Of a stretch of 64,000 nucleotides of DNA, positions 8,835-17,842 are shown one piece after another. Position 1 is the stretch's first letter. Every line of letters begins with the position of its first letter. The notes beneath the pieces were generated by a model, which was not told where the DNA came from, searched no databases, and saw only the letters and a list, made by a program, of their open reading frames with translations. Where the stretch lies: positions 3,330,252 to 3,394,251 of the forward strand of contig CAWEES010000002.1 in the NCBI GenBank assembly GCA_963808245.1, read 5' to 3'. A program made the translations under genes and the position numbers. The stretch is from an uncultured Bacteroidota bacterium. Its GTDB lineage: Bacteria; Bacteroidota; Ignavibacteria; Kryptoniales; JAKASW01.

Positions 8835-11800
8835 ATGCACCATATATATCATCTTACGAGTTTCGTATTTGCTATATCTTTAACACTGAATTTGGCGCAG
8901 CCAAGATATGCTGCGACATCAGTTAAGAAGCATGCTTCTCTGGCCACCGCAGGCCATCACGCGAGGAACGGAAAGAAACATACCTCAACGCTTACGGCGA
9001 ACCGTTCGCGGGCGAGGTCCGGCTTTTCATCATTTAAAGCAAAGTGGCAATCGTACCGTAAGCAGACATCTTCCATTACTAGGAAGGAGCCTTTCCCCGG
9101 TCGCGCATCGAAAACCGCTTCCTTTAGACGCGCTTATCAGCCGCGTTCCATAGGAGCAATCATGGTAAACACGACGGCTGACGATGGTGCCTACGATTAT
9201 ACGAGCTCAGACACCACAGCGAGCGGTGCGATCAGCCTGCGCTCTGCCATACAGTTTACCAATTACATTCCTGGGTCGGATACGATCATTCTGCCGGCAG
9301 GCGTCTACACGCTTACAAACACTGGCGCAGATGAGTATGACGCTGCAACCGGCGACCTCAACATTAACGATTCAGTGACGATCATCGGCGCGGGAGCCGG
9401 CTCGACGATAATAGACGGCAACGGCGCAGACCGCGTATTCGGAATTGACTACTATTCGTCAGGAATCAAAGTAACAATTTCTGACCTGACGATAGAAAAT
9501 GGCACAGCTCCAAGCGGTGAAAACGGAGGAGGCATCGAAATCTATGATGGAACAGTAGTCCTGAACTCCGTTGACATTGATGGGAACATCGCCCCGGGCA
9601 CAGGTGGTGGAATAGACGTCGAGACCGGTTCAGTAACGATGAACAATGGAAGATTATACCTTAATGATGCGGGTGGTGCTCCTGCCAGCGGCGCCGGGGC
9701 TAACGTGTTTTTAGGAACAGGGATTTTCAACGGCGTTTTAGTCGATAGCAACGAGGCCAACAACGACGGAGGCGGACTCAGCATTTATGGCGGAGTCCTT
9801 TCCGTCAGCGGTTCAGTCGTAAAATATTGTTTCGCGGAGGATGTGGCCGGCATAGCCGTTTATGGTGGTGACGCAGAGATCACTAACTCTGTCATCGACA
9901 GCAATTTTGCAATTGCATATGTGGGAGGCGTGGGCGTTGTCCCATTTGCCGGTGCGAATGCGCTTACAATGAACGGGGACACTGTGGATTGGAACGAGGC
10001 AGCAGGCGGGGACGGAGGTGGAATATACACTCAGGCCACCAACAACTTTATCTTCAAGAATGGGACAGTGTCAAATAACTTTGCTTCAAGTGATGGAGGA
10101 GGACTATATGCGGATGGAGGTACTGTTACCTTGGAAAATTCCTCCATACTGGGAAATATGGCGGGCGACGGTGGCGGCCTCTTTAACGACGGAGCAAACT
10201 ACATAACCTTGTCAAACGTTAACATTGACAGCAACACAACTTCGGGAACCGGCGGCGGAATCTATGACGCGGTCGGGCTGATTTCCTGGAACGTCGGGTC
10301 TCTGTCGTACAACCAGGCAAGCGACGAAGGCGGGGGACTTTATTTCGACGGCAATTCAGGCAACGATACTTTGGAGGATATTACAATCTCAAACAATATC
10401 CTGTCAGATACTCTCAACAATACGGGCGGGGTTTATCAAATAGTTATTGTTTACAATGCCCGCCCGGTCGCTTCAGCTCCGTCCATCATAGACTCGACTC
10501 ACGTTACACTCGAAGGCACGGTATATCCGGCGGACAGCACAATTACCAGCATAGCGTTCCTATACGGGACATCATCCGGCGTCTACTCAGACACTGTTGC
10601 CGCAACTCCATCTACGGCAAGTGGCTCCGCGAGCGTTCCCGTTTCAGCAACTCTCGCGGGAATCAACCCGAGTAAGAAATATTTCTACGCCATCTTGATA
10701 ACAGCCTCCGGTGGCACATCTATCTTGAGCAATGAGATTGCTTTTCATACGGGCCACATGCCGGACGAATTGACATTCACCGCGACGACCGGCACGTTCA
10801 ACGATATCTCATCCACAGGAACCTCGATCGGCTCCTTTGACCAGGACGAGGGTGTCACAGATTCCATACCTATCGGTTTTACGTTCTTTTTTGAGGGAAC
10901 ATTCTACAAGTATGTATTTGCCGCAAGTAACGGCTGGGTGTCGTTCAATCCATCGAGTACTTCTGATGGCAGTTACCAATTGACGGGTACTCTCGTCAAT
11001 GCGGATACCGCCATGCTTCCGTTCATCGGTCCCCTGGACGCGGACTTGTTCATAAATGGAGGAATCTACTTTGAGACCAGTGGCGTTCAACCGAACAGGA
11101 CTTTCACGGTACAGTGGGACTCGGTCGTAGGCTATGGTAATTATGATTCTCATGATGCATTCAACCAGCTTTCATTCCAGGTAATTCTGAGCGAAGCAAC
11201 CGGCGAGATCCAGATCGTTTATAAGACCGGTCCTGATGCAAGCGTTACCTTCAACACGGAAGACAGCCAATCCAGTACCGGGATCGCCGATCAGCTAGGC
11301 GATTTCATCTCCGTCAGCAGTCTCGACCCCACTGCCACTGCAAATACCACTTCGGAAAACGACGACATATCTCCCCCATCTACCGATGGATTGACATTCT
11401 CGTTCACCCCGGCAACATACGACGTGTCCCTTGCAGTTCAGGCTTCGAATTTCCTAGCGACCGCCGATGTCGGAGCGGTCACGCTTTCATGGAGCACTCA
11501 ATCCGAGGTGGACAATGCCGGCTTCAACATACTGCGTGAAGACCCTCAGACGAATTCTTTCAAGCTCATATCAAGTTACACAAGTAATAATAGCCTGAAA
11601 GGATTGGGCACTAGCAGCGCGGGGAAGGACTACACATTTACCGACAATCATGTTGCTTCAGGCGCGACATACCGGTACAAGATACAGAGCGTATCGACAA
11701 GTGGTATAACGAAGGATTTGAATACGCTTACGGCAACAGTGGACGTTCCGAAGAGTTACGCACTCTACCAGAACTATCCCAACCCGTTCAATCCCTCGAC

Positions 11801-12029
11801 CACGATACGATTCGACCTTAAGGAGCAATCGACGGTGAGTTTGGATATATATAATGTACTTGGACAAAGAGTGCTCGAAAATAACTATGGAAACATGAAT
11901 GCTGGAAGGTACAACGAGGTGGTGAACATGGACAGGTTTGCCAGCGGAGTGTACCTCTACAGGATCGCCGCGCGAGGCAATGACGGACAGAAGTTCGTGT
12001 CGATAAAGAAACTAGTGTTGATGAAATAA
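8835..12029 (+). CDS. Secreted PMP-repeat / right-handed beta-helix protein with T9SS C-terminal sorting domain
   Basis: Listed ORF starts at 8640, but AAAGGAG at 8822-8828 and the signal-like MHHIYHLTSFVFAISLTLNLAQP favour ATG 8835 (or 8829). Repeated GGG[IL] units (GGGIEIYDGTV, GGGIDVETGSV, GGGLSIYGGVL, GGGIYTQATN, GGGLYADGGTV, GGGLFNDGANY, GGGIYDAVG, GGGLYFDGNSG) are typical of polymorphic-membrane-protein/beta-helix repeats. The shared cassette follows. Confidence 0.8.
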   Translation: MHHIYHLTSFVFAISLTLNLAQPRYAATSVKKHASLATAGHHARNGKKHTSTLTANRSRARSGFSSFKAKWQSYRKQTSSITRKEPFPGRASKTASFRRAYQPRSIGAIMVNTTADDGAYDYTSSDTTASGAISLRSAIQFTNYIPGSDTIILPAGVYTLTNTGADEYDAATGDLNINDSVTIIGAGAGSTIIDGNGADRVFGIDYYSSGIKVTISDLTIENGTAPSGENGGGIEIYDGTVVLNSVDIDGNIAPGTGGGIDVETGSVTMNNGRLYLNDAGGAPASGAGANVFLGTGIFNGVLVDSNEANNDGGGLSIYGGVLSVSGSVVKYCFAEDVAGIAVYGGDAEITNSVIDSNFAIAYVGGVGVVPFAGANALTMNGDTVDWNEAAGGDGGGIYTQATNNFIFKNGTVSNNFASSDGGGLYADGGTVTLENSSILGNMAGDGGGLFNDGANYITLSNVNIDSNTTSGTGGGIYDAVGLISWNVGSLSYNQASDEGGGLYFDGNSGNDTLEDITISNNILSDTLNNTGGVYQIVIVYNARPVASAPSIIDSTHVTLEGTVYPADSTITSIAFLYGTSSGVYSDTVAATPSTASGSASVPVSATLAGINPSKKYFYAILITASGGTSILSNEIAFHTGHMPDELTFTATTGTFNDISSTGTSIGSFDQDEGVTDSIPIGFTFFFEGTFYKYVFAASNGWVSFNPSSTSDGSYQLTGTLVNADTAMLPFIGPLDADLFINGGIYFETSGVQPNRTFTVQWDSVVGYGNYDSHDAFNQLSFQVILSEATGEIQIVYKTGPDASVTFNTEDSQSSTGIADQLGDFISVSSLDPTATANTTSENDDISPPSTDGLTFSFTPATYDVSLAVQASNFLATADVGAVTLSWSTQSEVDNAGFNILREDPQTNSFKLISSYTSNNSLKGLGTSSAGKDYTFTDNHVASGATYRYKIQSVSTSGITKDLNTLTATVDVPKSYALYQNYPNPFNPSTTIRFDLKEQSTVSLDIYNVLGQRVLENNYGNMNAGRYNEVVNMDRFASGVYLYRIAARGNDGQKFVSIKKLVLMK
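11427..12029 (+). repeat. Shared 603-nt 3' cassette, copy D
   Basis: Begins at SLAVQASNFLATADVGAV. Same 201-codon length as the other copies. Confidence 0.9.
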
Positions 12030-12055
12030 GATGGCATGATATATAGCAATGAACT

Positions 12056-12088
12056 GAGGCAAAGTCGAGAGGTTTTGCCTCTTTCTTT
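12056..12088 (+). terminator. Rho-independent terminator after the beta-helix gene
   Basis: The stem GAGGCAAA (12056-12063) pairs with TTTGCCTC (12074-12081). It is followed by TTTCTTT. Confidence 0.6.
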
Positions 12089-12353
12089 GTAGAGATCTTG
12101 AGGACCGCGGGAACTCATTAAACATGCTCCATGTTAGAAAACTTGAGGAGGAGGAGAGCATCCAATTGGTACCATCCTGGACACCATACCTCAATTATGT
12201 AACAATTTATTTTAACAAATACAGCCGATACCTGTCTGGTAGACTTCTGTAGAAGGATGGAATGCTATACTGCTCCACTACGCAAGTCTATATGGCATTA
12301 CGTATTACACGCTGATTTTACAAATTTTCAAGAAAGAGAGGAGGATAACAAAA

Positions 12354-15300
12354 ATGGAAAAATTGTTAACGTTTCTTTTTGGGAGGAGCTACGCACAACC
12401 CAACAAGAAATTGATTGCCACGGTGGCACTAGTTACGATGATCATTTCTGGAGGTTGGACCGGGAAAACAACTCAACAGATGACTGCGAAACAGCATCCT
12501 GTCTTACCTTTCCGGCTGCGCCAGGAAATCCATCGTGGTTTGATCACTGACCAGAAGCTTGTGAGCAAGTTAGATCCTTACTTGCCGTTCAATAAGAGCA
12601 GTCGGATCTCAGCACCAAATCTCGGGCGAAATGCAGTGAGCATGTCTAAACCGGCAAAAGGAATCGCCAGTACCAGCCGGCGATTTTCTCCGAATCAATC
12701 TGTTAACACGAATTTTTGGATTCCGAACAACACGGTGAACTCCGTATTGGTCGATGATACACACGACAGAGTCTATATCGGCGGAAACTTTACCTATCTC
12801 GGTCCCTTGACCGGACCGCTCGGCAAGCTCGATGCAACGACGGGCATCCACGATCCGGGCATTCCTATTATTACAAGCAATGGCTCCCCTGGATATATAG
12901 ACGCATTCGTTCCAGACGGCAGCGGAGGACTCTATGTCGGCGGCTACTTCGACCACATCGGAAGTACTGCAGTGAACAATCTGGCACACATCCGCTCTGA
13001 CGGCACAATTGTGGAACTGTTCAACCCGGACCCTGACGATGATGTGGATGCAATAGCATTCAACGGTCCCAACCTGATTATCGGCGGATATTTTTCAAAC
13101 GTCGGCGGCGGCTCCCGGCAGTACATCGCCGAGATCGATACTTCAGCCGGAAGCATTGTGCCATCATGGACACCACCATCCGTCGACGGCGGGGTTAGTG
13201 TAGTATTTGTCTATGCCGGGAAAGTGTATTTCGCCGGCTACTTCACCACAGTCGGTGACTCGACAAGATATGGCGTCGCCGCGTTAGATGCTGCCTCCGG
13301 ATCAGTAACCGCCTGGAATCCAAACCCCACCGACTCTGACCTGCTTAACAGCTTTGCGTCCTTCGACGCGGCAAATGGGTCGGTGTACACCGGGGGCCTG
13401 AATACCAGCTCTGAATTCCCGCTGTTATATAAAGTCGATACAACTTACGGTAACCAGGATGAGACCTGGAATCCGCAAGTACTCCTGGTCAATTCAGATT
13501 ACGGTTGGATAAATCAAGTCAGGATAATAGGTGGAAACCTATGCGTTGCGGGAGAATTCGCGGGTTTCGGCAGCACCACTCAATATGGATTTGCCGCTCT
13601 CGATACCGCGACAGCAGCCATCACAAGCTGGAACGCCGGGGTTGACTCGGCAGATGAGGTGACTTCGTTCGACGCGCATGGGGATGAAATATTTTTCGGC
13701 GGAGATTTCACTGCGATCGGCGGTGAACCGAGAGGTTATATCGCGGCTTCGGATACGAACGGAAATCTCCTATCGTAGTCGCCCAATGCCGACGAAGACG
13801 TTCATGGAATAGTTTACAGTAACGGAAGCGTGTATGCCAGCGCGAGCTATAGCTTCAACGGCGAGGTCAGAAATTGTGCCGCCTCTTTTGTCGAGAGCAC
13901 AGGTCAATTGACCGGTTTCAGTGTTGGCTTCGATGATCAGAATGATCAGGTGAACGCTATTGCGCTACACGATACAACGCTCTATATAGGAGGAACATTC
14001 AGCAGCGTAGGCGGATTCTCAAGAAATAGTCTAGTCGCGGCCAGTGTTAACACGGGAAGTGTCTTGCCGTTCGACGCAGCTTTTGTTGCTGCTCCTTGGA
14101 GCTTCACTTCCGGGATGGTGGGTGTGTTCGCGCTCAAAGTTTACGGTGATAAGCTCTACGTCGGCGGACAGTTTCAAGGTTCCGGAGACTCTACAAGGAA
14201 TAATATTGCTTCCTTTGATTTATCGACAGGGCAACTTACGTCATGGAATCCGAATGCTCAGAATAGCTCGCAACCATGGATTGCCGCCATTGATGCCGGT
14301 GGCGGGAGAATTTATTTCGGCGGTAAATTCGATAACGTAGGCGATTCGGCAAGGACTCATCTGGCGGCAGTTGATACCACTGCAGGTAACCCCACTTCAT
14401 GGAATCCTGTCTTAGCTGATCCACCCTACAATGATGACAGCTTCAATGTTGATGCTCTTGCACTCGATGGTTCGACCGTTTATGTCGGCGGCGACTTCTA
14501 CAGTGTAAACGGCCAGCAGGACTCGTGTGCGGCCGCAATCGACACTTCATCGACGGGCACACTCCTTTCATGGTATCCACACATTGACGCCTTCCCGCAG
14601 TCATTTGCCCTATCAGCTTCACTGGTCTACATGGGAGGATGGTTCAGTGAAATAAATGGTAATACGCGCAATTATGTTGGTGCGGTGGACCTCGTAACTG
14701 GGAGTTCTACGAGTAGTTGGGACCTCGGACTCGACGGCTCCGTCGCAAGCATCGGAATTTCCACTCAGCATCAGGTCATATATCTCGGCGGAGAGTTTTC
14801 TCATGTCCTCGGAAATTTCAACCAAGATTTTGTTGTTGTGACAAACCCGGAGGATGCCTCGCTTCCTGTCCAGGCGACAGATTTTGTGGCGGCTTCCGAT
14901 ATCAACTCCGTAACCCTTTCCTGGAAGACTCAATCTGAAGTCAACAACGCCGGCTTCAACGTGCTTCGAGTGGATCCTGGGACAGCCACTTTTAAACTCA
15001 TCGCAAGCTACACAAGCAGCGACAACTTGAAAGGTATCGGCACGAGCAGTACTGGAAGGACTTACGACTTCACGGACAATAAAGTAATCTCAGGAGCGAC
15101 TTACCAATACAAGATCCAGAGCGTTTCGACAAACGGGACAACAAAAGAATTATCCACACTTTCAGTTACAGTCGATGTACCGAAGGCGTACGCTCTCTAC
15201 CAGAACTATCCGAATCCATTCAATCCGAGTACCACGATACGATTCGACTTGAAGGAGCCGTCGACCGTGAGTTTGGATATATATAATGTGCTTGGACAGA

Positions 15301-15461
15301 GAGTACTCGAAAATAATTATGGAAACATGAATGCTGGAAGATATAACGAGGCGGTGAACATGGATAGGTTTGCAACCGGAGTCTACTTCTACCAGATCGC
15401 GGCGAAAGGAAATGATGGAGAAAAGTTTGTGTCAATAAAGAAATTGGTTTTGATGAAATAA
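12354..15461 (+). pseudogene. Beta-propeller-type repeat protein with T9SS C-terminal sorting domain, interrupted by in-frame TAG at 13776-13778
   Basis: ORFs 12354..13778 and 13830..15461 share one frame and are separated only by the TAG. The ~50-aa repeat (GG.F..VGG..R...AA.D..TG....WNP) runs straight through the stop. The stop sits where the repeat has Trp (AWNPN, SWNPN, SWNAG versus S*SPN). GGAGGA lies upstream of ATG 12354. The signal anchor is only in part 1 and the T9SS cassette only in part 2. Confidence 0.8.
14859..15461 (+). repeat. Shared 603-nt 3' cassette, copy E
   Basis: Begins at SLPVQATDFVAASDINSV. Same 201-codon length as the other copies. Confidence 0.9.
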
Positions 15462-15484
15462 AAACTCCGCGTTTTCATGTTTGA

Positions 15485-15518
15485 ATCCCGTCCCGCTTAA
15501 TCGAGACGGGATTTTTTT
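15485..15518 (+). terminator. Rho-independent terminator closing the T9SS-cargo array
   Basis: The stem ATCCCGTC (15485-15492) pairs with GACGGGAT (15505-15512). The T7 run extends to 15518. Confidence 0.75.
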
Positions 15519-15789
15519 GTTGAGCCTGGATCTCCTTCTCGCATTAATCGGTTCCTCATGTAATCGTACCTGACTTTATCAATTGGGCGGCTTAACACTT
15601 CGAGTGGCCACTATATGCAACCTGGCTGTTCAGAATCTGTGTCGGACTAATTCCATCCCTCCGACAAGGGAACCATTCATCAACTAATAGCTAAGGAAGT
15701 GAGGAGGCTGTGCGATTTAGATTTGGGAAAATTATTTGGTAACATATTGCATGGTAACTTGGATATCACAATAGAGACTGGAGATTAAT

Positions 15790-15969
15790 ATGAGGAACAA
15801 AAACTATTTCTTGGTAGTCGGACAACTTTCCTTGGCCGTGAGTGTTCTTCTTAATCACTTCGCAAAAGGAAATATTTTTGTTTCCTTTACAATTGGATTT
15901 TTTACCGGCCTATCAATAGTGTTGAATATTGCATACGCGTTGAGTCAAAGAAGAACCCAAATGCAATGA
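15790..15969 (+). CDS. Small hypothetical membrane protein (59 aa, two predicted TM helices)
   Basis: Below the ORF-track cutoff. GGAG at 15780-15783 lies 6 nt before ATG 15790, and the stop TGA is at 15967-15969. Translation: MRNKNYFLVVGQLSLAVSVLLNHFAKGNIFVSFTIGFFTGLSIVLNIAYALSQRRTQMQ. I recognise no homology. Confidence 0.4.
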   Translation: MRNKNYFLVVGQLSLAVSVLLNHFAKGNIFVSFTIGFFTGLSIVLNIAYALSQRRTQMQ

Positions 15970-16075
15970 GAATTCAGTTTGTGATACCGCTAAATTTGAT
16001 CTCAAGCCATCTTCTTCAGCGGCCCGACAAACCGGCCGGGAATGTTGATTTATCGAATTACAAATCGGAAATGAT

Positions 16076-16684
16076 ATGAAGAGCTTAATCTTGTCTGCCC
16101 TGCATCATAGCAGAATTCAGGCTACCGCGATATTTATTATTTACCTTCTTTCAAGTTCTACCGGAATTATAATGGTGCACAACGGTAATAAGACGGCGCT
16201 CGTGCAAAGAGATAAAATAGTCGGTGACGTGAGCAATGATAAAATCACATTAAATTATCAGGCGGGCAACGGATTCATTGCCGGCGCTTATGACTTTGCC
16301 GGAAATCTTTTTCTCTCGGCGGTTCCTCAGACAGCGTTAGGTCTCGCCGTGTTGCCGCCTCTTGTTTCTGTAGCTTTTCAGGGATGGGTTGGGGGAATCG
16401 TTTCAGTGGACGGTTTGCATCAAAGCAGATTTACCAACTTCAAGAGTGCATTTTACTATTTCTTCGTGTTGTTGCTTCAGTTCATACCATTTTCGTTGTC
16501 GATCGGGGCGGGGATAAAATGTGGTTTGGATGCTTACCGCCACAACATCAATATAAGCTGGATGTTTTGGAAATATAGGATTCCGAAGGAGAGTCTGATG
16601 AATGTAGTTTACGTGTACATAGTCAGCCTCCCGCTCTTTTTCGTCGCTTCCTGTTTTGAATTTCTTTCTTCCTGGAATAAATGA
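16076..16684 (+). CDS. Polytopic membrane protein (weak SpoIIM/DUF95-like resemblance)
   Basis: 202-aa ORF with several hydrophobic segments. It is tightly coupled to the two downstream genes (13-nt and 3-nt gaps). The family assignment is my recognition only and is weak. Confidence 0.6.
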   Translation: MKSLILSALHHSRIQATAIFIIYLLSSSTGIIMVHNGNKTALVQRDKIVGDVSNDKITLNYQAGNGFIAGAYDFAGNLFLSAVPQTALGLAVLPPLVSVAFQGWVGGIVSVDGLHQSRFTNFKSAFYYFFVLLLQFIPFSLSIGAGIKCGLDAYRHNINISWMFWKYRIPKESLMNVVYVYIVSLPLFFVASCFEFLSSWNK

Positions 16685-16697
16685 TAAAGGTGAGTAA

Positions 16698-17018
16698 ATG
16701 AAATCATCTCGTGATGTTTTGATTCAAACGGATAAGATGGATGTCGCTTCAGATTTTTACGAAAATGTTTTAGGTTTCAAAGTATTCGAACGGGGTGAGG
16801 AGATAGTTGGCTTTGAAACAGGCGCATTTCGGTTATTCCTCGACGATGGGAAACCATATGGGCCGGTATTTGAGTTTATGGTCCCAAATCTTGAAGAGGC
16901 AAAGCGGAAGCTAATAAAAGCAGGTTGTCTTGTAGAACAAGAGGACAGCAGGATTCCGCGTTGCTACGTGCGCGATCCTTTTGGACTTATCTTCAACCTT
17001 GCCGAAGAACAACGTTGA
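16698..17018 (+). CDS. Glyoxalase/bleomycin-resistance (VOC) family protein
   Basis: 106 aa. FYENVLGFKVFE, FRLFLDD and YVRDPFGLIFNL match the VOC-fold pattern. Confidence 0.65.
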   Translation: MKSSRDVLIQTDKMDVASDFYENVLGFKVFERGEEIVGFETGAFRLFLDDGKPYGPVFEFMVPNLEEAKRKLIKAGCLVEQEDSRIPRCYVRDPFGLIFNLAEEQR

Positions 17019-17021
17019 GAT

Positions 17022-17729
17022 ATGAAGCGTCCTAAGAGGATAGGCATTGTCGCGGTAAGTGCGGAAGGAGCTGCCCTATGTTACCGGACCCTGTGTTTTG
17101 AAGGGGCCGCGCTACTTGGTGCCCACGATCATCCGGAGATTATTATGCACACATACTCTCTCGCTGAGTACATGCGCTGCATCGAGGGTAATCAGTGGGA
17201 GGAGGTCGGACGTTTATTGCTATCGTCGGCGAACAAACTGGTCGAAGGCGGCGCGGAACTACTCGTTTGCCCGGACAATACCGTCCATCAAGCGCTCGAC
17301 GCTATCCGTGACGAGTTGCCGATACCATGGCTGCATATTGCTGAAGAGGTCGCAGCGGTTGCAGTAAAACAACACTTCACGCGGCTTGCGATCCTGGGCA
17401 CCCGATATTTAATGGAAGGGCCGGTCTATCCTTCGAAACTTGCCCCTCTTGGTATTGAATACCAGATTCCAGATCCCGTCGATCGCGAACGTATCAATGG
17501 CATTATCTTCGATGAATTGGTTTATGGTGAGCTTAAAGAGGGATCGCGCCGGTACTTTCAGGATGTCATTCGAAGCCTCGGTCCGTACGGCTGCGATGCG
17601 GTGGTTCTTGGTTGTACGGAAATTCCATTGCTTATCAAGGAGACCGGTTCGCCGCTGCCGGCCATCGATTCAACGCGCACGCTTGCACGAGCAGCTCTCC
17701 GGGAGGCAACTCGAAGCGTGTCTTCCTAA
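17022..17729 (+). CDS. Aspartate/glutamate-type amino-acid racemase family protein
   Basis: 235 aa. It carries the paired catalytic-Cys motifs of the Asp/Glu racemase family, LLVCPDNTVH and VVLGCTEIPLL. Confidence 0.75.
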   Translation: MKRPKRIGIVAVSAEGAALCYRTLCFEGAALLGAHDHPEIIMHTYSLAEYMRCIEGNQWEEVGRLLLSSANKLVEGGAELLVCPDNTVHQALDAIRDELPIPWLHIAEEVAAVAVKQHFTRLAILGTRYLMEGPVYPSKLAPLGIEYQIPDPVDRERINGIIFDELVYGELKEGSRRYFQDVIRSLGPYGCDAVVLGCTEIPLLIKETGSPLPAIDSTRTLARAALREATRSVSS

Positions 17730-17842
17730 TAATTGGCCGAACCAAGATAGGAACATTATCCTCCATTCCCTTGTTCACTATGTAACCATGACGTTCTAAA
17801 TTTATAATCCCCAAAACAAATGCTGGAAAAGGAGGAGGTTTA

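Noticed and set aside
12257-12550. 97-aa ORF overlapping the start of the propeller-repeat gene in another frame
   Set aside because: The alternative frame (12354 start) has a GGAGGA SD, a signal anchor and continues for 1 kb of repeat-bearing protein. The 97-aa ORF has no supporting features.
13776-13778. TAG as a recoded sense codon (pyrrolysine or genetic-code change)
   Set aside because: TAG clearly terminates other genes here: the first cargo gene at 4468-4470 and rpmG at 24565-24567. The aligned residue is Trp, one transition away, and no pyl genes are visible.
2-15461. The five 603-nt repeats as an IS element, CRISPR-like array or other mobile DNA
   Set aside because: The repeats are in-frame 3' ends of long genes and encode a sorting domain. 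There are no terminal inverted repeats, no transposase or integrase, and the 3.3-4 kb spacing and content are incompatible with CRISPR.
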